DNA of 64,000 nucleotides from positions 192,001-256,000 of the forward strand of contig CAXXUA010000013.1 of NCBI GenBank assembly GCA_963663765.2, given 5' to 3'. How positions within the stretch are numbered: the first letter of the stretch is position 1; each line of letters starts with the position of its first letter. Made by a program: the position numbers and the translations under genes. Origin of the DNA: Candidatus Poribacteria bacterium (GTDB lineage Bacteria > Poribacteria > WGA-4E > WGA-3G). Below, one piece after another: positions 10,497 to 19,535 of this stretch. Under the pieces are notes generated by a model. It saw nothing but the letters and a program-made list of their open reading frames with translations. It ran no database searches and was not told the origin of the DNA.

Positions 10497-12173
10497 TTAG
10501 TTGCGCCATTTGTCAAAGAGGCTAATTCCATCATACCAGGTTATATATAGAAAAAGTGCGATTAGAAGTACGACACTAACTTGTTGAACAATCTCTTGTG
10601 CTCTTCGGGGTACTGGACGACCACGTATTTTTTCTACTGCGAAAAAAAGTAGGTGTCCACCATCAGCAATTGGAATCGGTAACAAATTTACGATTGCGAG
10701 GTTCACGCTGATGAAACCAATGAAAAAGAGAATAGAAGCTACACCAACACTATCAAACATACGACTTGTAACATCAGCTATTCCTACTGGACCTGAAAGA
10801 TGCTTTGGTGACACTTCACCAACTATAAGTTGTTTTAGAGTTCGTGCAATTGAAGTGACCGTAAGCCATGTGGTTTCTGTGCCTTTTGCTAATGCTGAGA
10901 AAAAATTATATCTTGGTAACGGAGGGTCTAATTTCATCCCTGATAGATAAGTTGCCCAATTCATACCAAAAATAGTGCCTTTTTCATCCTTGTCAGATAT
11001 TTCTAAAGGATTAATTGTAATAGTTTTCTCTGTACCTTCTCTGAGAATTCCTAATGCAATCGGTTTGTCTTTTGCCTTTTCCAATTCTGAATAGAGAGTT
11101 TTGCTCTCTGCTGGTTTTCCATTCACACTAATTATAATATCTCCATCCTCAATACCTGCTAAATCAGCGGTGCTATTCTTTTGTACTACAGTTCTAAGCT
11201 GCCAAGTGACAGGAAGTTCAATTGTTTGCTGTTCACCTTCCCTTAGAATCCCGATTTTAATTTTATCCTGTTTCTGATTTATCTTATTATAGTATTCTTG
11301 GTATTTTATTAATGTCCAATCTTCTTGTGTTTTCCAAATATCTGGGTCAAAAACTGGAACGGTATACAAGTTTTCTGCATCAATGGTTTCTATCTGCTCG
11401 CCAACCATTATTCCCGCTTGTTCAGCCAAACTACCCGTAATAATATCAGAAACTAAAACATCGTTGGATCCAATAACTTTGATTATCCCAGTATCTCCTC
11501 TTGAATTAGGAATAGCATCTGGAACGATGGTAAGCGTTTCCAAATTATCATCTCGTTGAACAACAAAATCCAATGATTTATTAGGGTTGGTAAATATTTT
11601 CATTTGGAAAGCAGAAAAATTGGATATGCGATCATCATTTATAGATACAATTTTGTCACCTGGCAACATACCTGCGATACCTGCCGGACCATCATCATCA
11701 ACCAAGGCGATCTGAACTCCATCTCGTTTTTGTCCAAATGTCTGTCCAGTTAAACCACCAATTAAGCCTACTGCATGACGATCAACCCCTATAGCAAAAA
11801 TGAACCAAAAAGCAATTATCCCAAACAAGATATTCACAGCAGGTCCTGCGACAACAACAAAAGCGCGCTGTCCGATCGATGCACTTCCAAATTCACCTTT
11901 TGCACCGGTCTGTTCAGTTGGGTTTTCCCCTTCCATTTGGACATATCCACCAAAAGGCAGCAGTGAAAGTTTGTATTCTGTATCACCCTTTTTGAAACCC
12001 ACTAACTTTGGACCGAAACCAAGTGAAAAGGCATTTACCTTAATACCTGCACGTTTGGCAGCGAGAAAATGTCCGAGTTCATGAATAAAAATAAGAAAAC
12101 CGAGAGGAATGAGTGCAAGAAGTACCGTTTTGAAACCAGAAATTACTGTTAGAATTAGTTCCATAAACTCCAT
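10497..12173 (-). CDS. rseP: RIP metalloprotease RseP with multiple PDZ domains
   Basis: HELGH, LPFGGYV, AGPAVN, NLLPIPIADGGH; follows dxr. Confidence 0.93.
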   Translation of the reverse strand: MEFMELILTVISGFKTVLLALIPLGFLIFIHELGHFLAAKRAGIKVNAFSLGFGPKLVGFKKGDTEYKLSLLPFGGYVQMEGENPTEQTGAKGEFGSASIGQRAFVVVAGPAVNILFGIIAFWFIFAIGVDRHAVGLIGGLTGQTFGQKRDGVQIALVDDDGPAGIAGMLPGDKIVSINDDRISNFSAFQMKIFTNPNKSLDFVVQRDDNLETLTIVPDAIPNSRGDTGIIKVIGSNDVLVSDIITGSLAEQAGIMVGEQIETIDAENLYTVPVFDPDIWKTQEDWTLIKYQEYYNKINQKQDKIKIGILREGEQQTIELPVTWQLRTVVQKNSTADLAGIEDGDIIISVNGKPAESKTLYSELEKAKDKPIALGILREGTEKTITINPLEISDKDEKGTIFGMNWATYLSGMKLDPPLPRYNFFSALAKGTETTWLTVTSIARTLKQLIVGEVSPKHLSGPVGIADVTSRMFDSVGVASILFFIGFISVNLAIVNLLPIPIADGGHLLFFAVEKIRGRPVPRRAQEIVQQVSVVLLIALFLYITWYDGISLFDKWRN

Positions 12174-12218
12174 TGTTTTTTCTCCTTATGATGATTGCAG
12201 TATTTGAGTAAAGCCATG

Positions 12219-13385
12219 TTACTTATAAGAGTTAATTATTGAACGGACGGTTGACTTCGTCCAGTTGTCTACTTCAAGTATATCTTCAAGTGTTGGGTCT
12301 GCAATCACTTTGTGTTTATCCATTACAGTCTGCAATATAGCGGGAATATCCATAAATCCTATGTGTTTACCAAGAAATGCTTTTACCACGACTTCGTCAG
12401 CACTGCTCAGAACAACGGGGAGAGTTCCTCCGACTTCAGCTGCAGTGTATGCAAGTGAAATACAAGGGAATTTCTCTCTATCTACAGGTTCAAAATGTAA
12501 TGTGCATGTTTCAGTTAAGTCTAATCGTGGGACAGGTGAGGGGAGTCTATTTGGATATGATAGTGCATATTGAATCATAATCCGCATATCCGTAGGACCG
12601 AGTTGTGCAAGTGTCGAACCGTCTGTCCATTCTACCATAGAATGAACTATACTCTCTCTATGAATTACAATGTCTATTTTTTCGGGTTCAATATCAAATA
12701 ACCACTTCGCCTCAATCACTTCTAAACCTTTGTTCATCATAGTTGCTGAATCGATGGTGATTTTCTGTCCCATATCCCAATTGGGATGCTGTAGTGCTTT
12801 TTGTGGCGTTACAGCACTGAGTTCGTCTTTTGGCAGATCGCGAAATGGTCCACCAGAAGCAGTTAAAATCAAGCGATGAATTTCATTGTTCTTATTTTCT
12901 GTCCCCTCTAAACATTGAAATATTGCGCTCATTTCCCCATCAATTGGAATTAGATTTACACCGTTCCTCCGAACAGCTTCCAGAACTATAGGACCGCACA
13001 TGACCATCACTTCTTTGTTGACGAAGGCGATGTCTTTACCCGCATTGATGGCAGCGAGTGTCGGTAACAAACCCGCACTTCCACCCATTCCATCTAATAC
13101 TTGATCTGCTGCTTCAAATGTTGCTACTGCTTGTATTCCATCAGGCCCAGCAAGTACTTCAATATTCTTTATGTCGTTAATTCTATTTTTCAGACACTTA
13201 GCAGCATCAAAATCATATAACGCTGCCAAATGTGGTTGAAACTTTCGTATTTGATATTCAAGCGTATCAGCATCTTTGTTTGCAGCCAATGCTACGACAT
13301 TGAATTCTTCGCTATGTGTTTCAACGACATTTAAAGTGTTTTTTCCAATTGAACCAGTACTGCCTAAAATTGCGATGTGCTTCAT
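12219..13385 (-). CDS. dxr: 1-deoxy-D-xylulose-5-phosphate reductoisomerase
   Basis: [38 protein letters not shown]. Confidence 0.96.
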   Translation of the reverse strand: [388 protein letters not shown]

Positions 13386-13504
13386 GTGTATGTATTATTG
13401 TGTCAGTGCCGAAGCACATGCAAATTAATTGTGGATTCTCTTATTTTTTAGTTTGTACATTAGACTGTATCTAATAGATGTGCCTTATACAACGTCTAAG
13501 CGGT

Positions 13505-14338
13505 CTATTTTATAATCCCTACTATTGCGAGATAATAATAAAGAAAAGGTGCAGCAAATATTAAACTGTCACATCTATCAAGAAAACCACCGTGCCCTGG
13601 AATAAAATCTCCAGAATCTTTTACACCTGCAGTGCGTTTCATTAGTGACACACTCAAATCTCCAAGTTGTCCTAAAACACTTAACAGTAGTCCTATAAAG
13701 GCTGCATCGGTCAGTGAAAGTGTTTCTATTAGTAAGAAATTTCTATAAACCACACAAACTAAAGTTCCAACAACTAATCCAGCGATAATTCCTTCAATAG
13801 TTTTGTGGGGACTAATTGGGGTGCTGAGTTTATGTTTTCCAACAGCTTTCCCAATGAGATAAGCTGCGGTATCACTGCACCAGATTGTTCCAATTAATAA
13901 GAAGACAATACGTGTCCCGACTTCATTAATTTTTTGTAATAGTATACAGTGATATCCAAATGCCCAACCAATTGTCAGGATTCCAGTGAGTTTTAGCGTG
14001 ACTGTTAGCAACTCACCCTTTACTTCACCTTTGTAAATACTTGATGCAAATGTATATATAAAAACTACAAGTAAGAACCCAAACAAGTAGATTGATGTTC
14101 GGGGCTTGTCAGTAGGAGAATCCAAAAAATAAGCTAACAAGCAGAAACCCACAGTTAATGCTGCGGGGATTATAGGGTTTAATTTTTGACTGAAGTGTTG
14201 TGAAAGTTTGCAGTATTCAACCTGCATCATCAGGACAGCGGCGGAGACGAGTATCAGAAAAAACCATCCACCGAAATTAATAACTAACAGGACAAGGGGA
14301 ACTAGTACGACAACACTCAGAGTTCGCCGCCAAAACAT
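13505..14338 (-). CDS. cdsA: Phosphatidate cytidylyltransferase
   Basis: ISPHKTIEG and KDSGDFIPGHGGFLDRCDS motifs. Confidence 0.93.
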   Translation of the reverse strand: MFWRRTLSVVVLVPLVLLVINFGGWFFLILVSAAVLMMQVEYCKLSQHFSQKLNPIIPAALTVGFCLLAYFLDSPTDKPRTSIYLFGFLLVVFIYTFASSIYKGEVKGELLTVTLKLTGILTIGWAFGYHCILLQKINEVGTRIVFLLIGTIWCSDTAAYLIGKAVGKHKLSTPISPHKTIEGIIAGLVVGTLVCVVYRNFLLIETLSLTDAAFIGLLLSVLGQLGDLSVSLMKRTAGVKDSGDFIPGHGGFLDRCDSLIFAAPFLYYYLAIVGIIK

Positions 14339-14340
14339 AA

Positions 14341-14928
14341 TTAAGTCTCTAAGAGTTCAGCTTCTTTGGTTTCAGCAAGATCATTAATTTTATCAACATA
14401 GGTATCGGTTAATTTTTGAACGGGATCCGTATCACTTCGTCCACTTTTCTTATCACCGCCTCTGCCTTTGCTTCTCCTGCTACCAGAACCAGCTTCTCCA
14501 CCTTCCAGTTTTTTTATTGCATCATTTGCGTCACGGCGAATGTTTCGAATTGCGACTCTACCTTCCTCAGCCAACTTCTTTACAAGTTTTGTGAGTTCAA
14601 CCCGTCGTTCAGTTGTTAATTCAGGGACTTGGATGCGAATGAGATTGCCATCATTGCTTGTAGCCAAACCCAAATCAGACTGTGCGATTGCTTTTTCAAT
14701 ATCCTTGAGAAGTGTCTTGTCCCATGGTTGTATTACAAGCTGACGTGGTTCTGGTGTCGTAATCGTCCCAACCTGATTTAACGGGGTTTTGTTCCCATAA
14801 TAGTTTATGGTTACTTGGTCTAACAATGCAGTTGTTGCACGACCTGTTTGTATGTGTGATAATTTCGCTGCCGTGGATTCGACAGTTTTTTGCATACGTG
14901 ATTCAGTATTTTGCAGTACTTCTTGCAT
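14341..14928 (-). CDS. frr: Ribosome recycling factor (with unusual Gly/Arg-rich segment)
   Basis: TGRA, PLNQVG, QPWD, NDG, RNIRRDAN and QKLTD motifs. Confidence 0.93.
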   Translation of the reverse strand: MQEVLQNTESRMQKTVESTAAKLSHIQTGRATTALLDQVTINYYGNKTPLNQVGTITTPEPRQLVIQPWDKTLLKDIEKAIAQSDLGLATSNDGNLIRIQVPELTTERRVELTKLVKKLAEEGRVAIRNIRRDANDAIKKLEGGEAGSGSRRSKGRGGDKKSGRSDTDPVQKLTDTYVDKINDLAETKEAELLET

Positions 14929-14991
14929 CTGAATACCCTATCCTTTCTATTGTGATTGATTCCGATGTAATCGCAGCTGACTGTATCAACA

Positions 14992-15585
14992 TTACTGTCC
15001 GAGAACATATAGCACAAAACGTCTTACAACGATATTCTCACCGAGTTGTGCAATTGCATCTTTTACAAGGTCCTCAATAGTTTTATCGGAATCTCGTATA
15101 TATGGTTGTTTTAGCAGACACGCTTCTGAGTAAAATTTTGAAATACGTCCATCTACAATTTTATCAACAATATGGTCAGGTTTTCCTTCTTGAAGTGCCT
15201 GAGTTTTCAAAATTGCTTTCTCTGCATCAAGTTCCTCATCAGGGACTTCATCCTCGTTGACATATTTTGGTTTTGCTGCGGCGACTTGCATGGCGATTTC
15301 TGTTGCTAATTTTTGAAACTGCTCAGTTCTGGCGACAAAATCAGTTTCACAATTAAGTTCGACTAAAGTGCCGACACGGTTTCCGGGGTGGATATATGAG
15401 ATAATCAATCCCTCTTCTGTAGCCCGTCCACCTTTGACTTCGGAGGCGCGCAAGCCTTGCTCGCGCAATTTCTTAATTGCGGTATCAATATCACCTTCTG
15501 TCTCTGTTAGTGCTTTCTTACAATCCATAATACCAGCACCAGTACGAGAACGTAACTCACTGACCATTTTTGCAGTTATTCCCAT
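14992..15585 (-). CDS. tsf: Elongation factor Ts (short form)
   Basis: LRSRTGAGIMDCKKAL and ELNCETDFVA; the second ATG (15585) is preferred because GGAGG lies directly upstream. Confidence 0.95.
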   Translation of the reverse strand: MGITAKMVSELRSRTGAGIMDCKKALTETEGDIDTAIKKLREQGLRASEVKGGRATEEGLIISYIHPGNRVGTLVELNCETDFVARTEQFQKLATEIAMQVAAAKPKYVNEDEVPDEELDAEKAILKTQALQEGKPDHIVDKIVDGRISKFYSEACLLKQPYIRDSDKTIEDLVKDAIAQLGENIVVRRFVLYVLGQ

Positions 15586-15748
15586 TTTTCCTCCCATTAA
15601 GATTCAAACTATATATGATGCAGCCTTAATAATAACTGCTGTTTCAAATTTATTAGACTTTGTTGAATCTGTATTTTATAAATATAGAGACTTAGTCTTA
15701 TTCTATTCTTATGTCTACACAAGTAATAGGTAATTCTTAGAAATTATA

Positions 15749-16648
15749 CTACTGTGTTGTGCTCCGTTGTCTTCTGGGACGTCTCTTTGGTTTAGGTTGC
15801 CGTGTCTGTCGTTGTTCACCTTCACCGATTGCTTCAGGTTCTGCAGAAAGCTGTTCAACATCAACGATTTGTGCTGTCTGCTCTTCATGCCTTTCAGTTT
15901 CAGCGACTTTTTCCAACTGATCTTCTTCTAACTGTTTCTTTTCTTCCTCAACTTGTTCACCTTCTAATGCGGCGCCTCGACCTTGAATTACGGATTCTGC
16001 TAAGACAGAACAAAACAATCTAATTGAGCGAATAGCATCATCATTTCCAGGTATAGGAAGATCTATTGGATCGGGATCACAGTTTGTGTCTACAATAGCA
16101 ATGATCGGTATACCGAGTTTGTTTGCTTCAGCAATAGCCGTATGCTCTTTTCGGGTATCTGTGACTATAACAGCCTCTGGCAGGTTAGACATCTCTTTAA
16201 TTCCGTTCAAGTTATTGGAAAGTTTGTCTTTTTCCCGTTTCAAACGAATGACTTCTTTTTTTGGACGTTTTTCAAATTGACCGGTTTCCTCTTCTTGTTC
16301 AAGTTGTTCTAACCTACTGATGCTTTGTCGTATTGTTTGGAAGTTGGTCAACATTCCTCCTAACCAACGGTGATTGACGTAGTACATACTACATCTGACA
16401 GCTTCCTCAAAAACTGCTTCCTGAGATTGTCGTTTTGTTCCAACAAATAGCACTGAACCACCCTTTGCTGCGATTTCTTTCACATAGGCAACTGCGTTTT
16501 CAAGCAATCTTAGGGTTTTCTGCAGATCAATGATATATATTCCGTTGCGTTCAGCAAAAATGTACTCTGCCATCTTTGGATTCCATCGTCTTGTTTGGTG
16601 ACCAAAATGGACTCCACATTCAAGGAGTTCCTTCATTGTAACTGACAA
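15749..16648 (-). CDS. rpsB: 30S ribosomal protein S2
   Basis: [40 protein letters not shown]; TTG start after GGAGG. Confidence 0.97.
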   Translation of the reverse strand: MSVTMKELLECGVHFGHQTRRWNPKMAEYIFAERNGIYIIDLQKTLRLLENAVAYVKEIAAKGGSVLFVGTKRQSQEAVFEEAVRCSMYYVNHRWLGGMLTNFQTIRQSISRLEQLEQEEETGQFEKRPKKEVIRLKREKDKLSNNLNGIKEMSNLPEAVIVTDTRKEHTAIAEANKLGIPIIAIVDTNCDPDPIDLPIPGNDDAIRSIRLFCSVLAESVIQGRGAALEGEQVEEEKKQLEEDQLEKVAETERHEEQTAQIVDVEQLSAEPEAIGEGEQRQTRQPKPKRRPRRQRSTTQ

Positions 16649-16689
16649 ATATAACCTCCGGGGTAACAGGAATCAAATTGTTCCTTATT

Positions 16690-16770
16690 GGGTTTACACT
16701 TCCACCTCCTTCACATTTGCATCAGTCTCTCAAAATGAGAGAACCCACTGTGCAAATCAGAAGGTGTGTA
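16690..16770 (-). ncRNA. rpsB leader (t44/S2-leader-like cis-regulatory RNA)
   Basis: Minus strand ACACACCUUC...AUUUGCACAGU...UCUCUC AUUUU GAGAGA CUGAUGCAAAU..GAAGG..GUGGAAGUGUAAACCC forms a long nested hairpin with the ACACAC...GUGGA..AACCC ends typical of t44, lying between the promoter and rpsB. Confidence 0.65.
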
Positions 16771-16812
16771 TCTCAAGTAATAATAGCGTCTTCCATTGAT
16801 AAAATTGATATA

Positions 16813-16841
16813 ATTATACCATGTATCTAACGGGTATGCAA
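16813..16841 (-). promoter_or_regulatory. sigma70 promoter of the rpsB operon
   Basis: TTGCAT, 17 bp spacer ending in TG-n, TATAAT on the minus strand. Confidence 0.75.
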
Positions 16842-16928
16842 GATTATTTTGTATATAGTAGGATTATTCTTTTACGGTAGGATGCTACTCAATCAATTAG
16901 AAATGATATAATAATGTACATTAGAATC

Positions 16929-17822
16929 CTAAAGAATTGAACGCAGATATTGATAATTTCGTTTTGCACTTTCAAATGGACTACCCATACCAGGTAACAC
17001 GTCCTGTTCGACGACGATCCAACCATCGTAATTCTGCTTATGTAGTTCTGCTATGATAGCGGGGAAATCAACTTCTCCTTTACCCAGTTCACAAAAAACT
17101 CCGTTCCTTACAGACTGAAAGTAATCCCAGTTTTCCCTACGAGATTTGGTGGCGATTTGCGGTTGACAATCCTTGAAATGCACATGCCATATACGGTCTG
17201 TGTGCATTTCAAATATATCAAGTGGGTCACCACCACCGAATCGGTAATGTCCAGTATCAAAACACAATCCAACCAAGTCGGGATCCGTACGTTGCATCAA
17301 TGTGTCTACTTCTTCTATTGTTTCAATATATCCTGCACAATGATGGTGAAAGACTGTTCGGAGTCCAGTCTCGTCCCGCACGGATTGTGCGATGCGATGC
17401 ACACTCCGCACAAAAATATTCCACTGCTCCTGCGTCAAGCCGTGTTCAGCACTGATGCGTCCTGCATTGTGCGTGCGTTGTTCTACAGTTCCATTATCAT
17501 CTGAAAGCACGATAAAAGCGTTGTTACCTCCAGCTTCTGCTAATAAACATGCATGTTGTAGTGCTGATTTCTCACCCGCTGCGTGTGCATTTGCTTCTGC
17601 TAATGCAACGGGAACGAAAGCACCTAACAACATTAACTCTCGTGCTGCGAGTTCGTCGTGGAGTTGAGCGGGGTCTGTCGGCATAAACCCCCAATCTCCT
17701 AATTCGGTGCCGCGATATCCGATTGCTTGCATTTCGTCTAATACTTGGGTGTAGTGTGGTGATTTACCTTGTAGATCGAATTCAAGTACTCCCCAGGAGC
17801 ATGGGGCATTTGCGATTTTCAT
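16929..17822 (-). CDS. Sugar phosphate isomerase/epimerase, IolE (inosose dehydratase)-like
   Basis: ANAPCSWG, HHH, DTGH, HVHFKD, GWIVVEQD; start placed at ATG 17822. Confidence 0.8.
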   Translation of the reverse strand: MKIANAPCSWGVLEFDLQGKSPHYTQVLDEMQAIGYRGTELGDWGFMPTDPAQLHDELAARELMLLGAFVPVALAEANAHAAGEKSALQHACLLAEAGGNNAFIVLSDDNGTVEQRTHNAGRISAEHGLTQEQWNIFVRSVHRIAQSVRDETGLRTVFHHHCAGYIETIEEVDTLMQRTDPDLVGLCFDTGHYRFGGGDPLDIFEMHTDRIWHVHFKDCQPQIATKSRRENWDYFQSVRNGVFCELGKGEVDFPAIIAELHKQNYDGWIVVEQDVLPGMGSPFESAKRNYQYLRSIL

Positions 17823-17868
17823 TGTGTTATCGGTTCTCATCCTTTTGAATAAGACATAATTTAAACGT

Positions 17869-18903
17869 CTACTTTTTTGTATCAAACTCAAAATCTCCGT
17901 TAATTACATCTTGTATGATTTTCCCTCTCCTTATACGGTTTGTCCTACTATTAGTTCCCTGAAGAGCAGAGTTATGATACTCCATTATTTGGCGATGTTT
18001 TTTTGCAAAATCTTCATCTGCTTTACCGGATTTATTAACTAAATCATAAAAACGTAGGAGTCCTTTTCCAACTTCTGCTGGTTTAGCGTTTATTTCTTCT
18101 CTGAATAATGCGCGGTGAATCTCTACGATCAGAGTGAATAAATCTGACTTTCTCCAGGCGCGACTTTTTTCTGGGATGCCACACTTTTTTATAAACTGAA
18201 AGACCTCTTCAAATTGAGTATTTAGATTGTGTTTTTCTTCAAATTCATCGTTGTATTGCCTAAGATAATCTTCAAATTCACTCTCTAAACTGAAATAAGT
18301 TGACATCACTGTAATTATCACAGACAAAGCAAATGAAACATCCCTCATACGCCTAATATCAGTAGAACTGAATACTCGATGCTTTCTAAAAAAAGAATCT
18401 TGTGAAAGCCTATCTGCGAATTGTTTTATTTCTCCATCATATCTTGCATTGTGAATCTCCATAGCATTTAGAGAATAATTTGTTGAGTTAATCCGTTTAA
18501 AAATTTCCTTTATCTCGCTAATACTTGTTTGACCTAAGTCTCGAACAACAACTAAGTAATCATAGAAACTTATTTTTTCTTCATCACTAAGTTTTGCGAA
18601 TGGGATTACTCCACCTGACAGCTTCAAATCTTTAGAAGCATCAACATACTGTTTCAGCGTAGTCAACCTTTGTTGACCATCTACTAACATTTCTTTCGCT
18701 TCTCCAGTATCAGGATTTACTTCACCCGCGGCTATATATATTTCAGGAAAAGGATAACCTCGTAAAACTGTATCAATAAAAGCACTCTTGTGTTTATTGG
18801 ACCACACCAAGCGTCGTTGGAACCCAGGATCTGGCACTAAGGTTCCAGTTCGGAGGCCATTCAAAAGACTGTGGATTCTTCTAGGGCCTGCTGCTACCTG
18901 CAT
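17869..18903 (-). CDS. DUF262 (GmrS/ParB-Srx fold) domain protein without HNH domain
   Basis: FQRRLVW, GYPFPEIY, VDGQQRLTT and EIFKRINS DUF262 motifs; GGAGG RBS; no EHxxP/GNL motif in the C-terminal half. Confidence 0.85.
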   Translation of the reverse strand: MQVAAGPRRIHSLLNGLRTGTLVPDPGFQRRLVWSNKHKSAFIDTVLRGYPFPEIYIAAGEVNPDTGEAKEMLVDGQQRLTTLKQYVDASKDLKLSGGVIPFAKLSDEEKISFYDYLVVVRDLGQTSISEIKEIFKRINSTNYSLNAMEIHNARYDGEIKQFADRLSQDSFFRKHRVFSSTDIRRMRDVSFALSVIITVMSTYFSLESEFEDYLRQYNDEFEEKHNLNTQFEEVFQFIKKCGIPEKSRAWRKSDLFTLIVEIHRALFREEINAKPAEVGKGLLRFYDLVNKSGKADEDFAKKHRQIMEYHNSALQGTNSRTNRIRRGKIIQDVINGDFEFDTKK

Positions 18904-19483
18904 TATTTTCCTCCAAGTTATTTATGCATTCCTGTATACTAATTTTCTGATAATTCTCTAAAAAGAAATATGATCTATATAATGCACCTCTAATTTTATA
19001 ATCACCATATCTTCCACTCCTTGTAACACTCTGAAAAAAATTCCACCATTTTTCTCTTAAATCAAAAATAGACGATTGAGGTAACTTATCAGGTCTTATC
19101 CACCCTCGAAAGAGATAATTAGCAAATTCTCTATATTCGGGCCAATATGGACCTTCATATAGATAATTGTACACGTCTTTCCAAAATTGTTCGAATAACG
19201 TTGAGGATACTATGGCGACATCAATGTCAGAATTATCACTGAATTCACGGTACCGATTTTTAGGTGCAACACTAAAACCAAGCTTTGCTGAACCTACTAC
19301 CAAGACTTGATTTGGATGCAAACCAAAGTTTTCAGCAACTTCTGAACGCAAATCAAAATAGTCTTGATGAGATAAAATACAACATTCTCCGAAAATAATG
19401 TACTTTCTCACTATCTGAATTGATGAAAATTTATTTAAGTCTTCCTTAAATTGATTGAGTCTTTGCTCTACTTCATTATTCAT
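18881..19483 (-). CDS. Small Pol-beta superfamily nucleotidyltransferase-like protein
   Basis: VVGSAKLGFS followed by SDIDVAIV matches the hG[GS]...DhDh catalytic signature; 200 aa; overlaps the DUF262 gene by 23 bp. Confidence 0.7.
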   Translation of the reverse strand: MNNEVEQRLNQFKEDLNKFSSIQIVRKYIIFGECCILSHQDYFDLRSEVAENFGLHPNQVLVVGSAKLGFSVAPKNRYREFSDNSDIDVAIVSSTLFEQFWKDVYNYLYEGPYWPEYREFANYLFRGWIRPDKLPQSSIFDLREKWWNFFQSVTRSGRYGDYKIRGALYRSYFFLENYQKISIQECINNLEENNAGSSRP

Positions 19484-19535
19484 TCTATTGTCCTTAGAGA
19501 ATTTGAACCAAAAATGATACTTCAGACAACATAGA

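Noticed and set aside
17823-17891. N-terminal extension of the iolE-like ORF overlapping the DUF262 gene
   Set aside because: Family-like sequence begins at MKIANAP (17822); the extension is an ORF-caller artefact
17869-18903. GmrSD type IV restriction enzyme
   Set aside because: Only the DUF262 half is recognisable; no HNH/DUF1524 motif in this protein or its neighbours
18881-19483. CBASS CD-NTase or MNT-HEPN antitoxin
   Set aside because: Shorter than typical CD-NTases, with no Cap effector or Cap2/3 genes; longer than MNTs, with no recognisable HEPN partner
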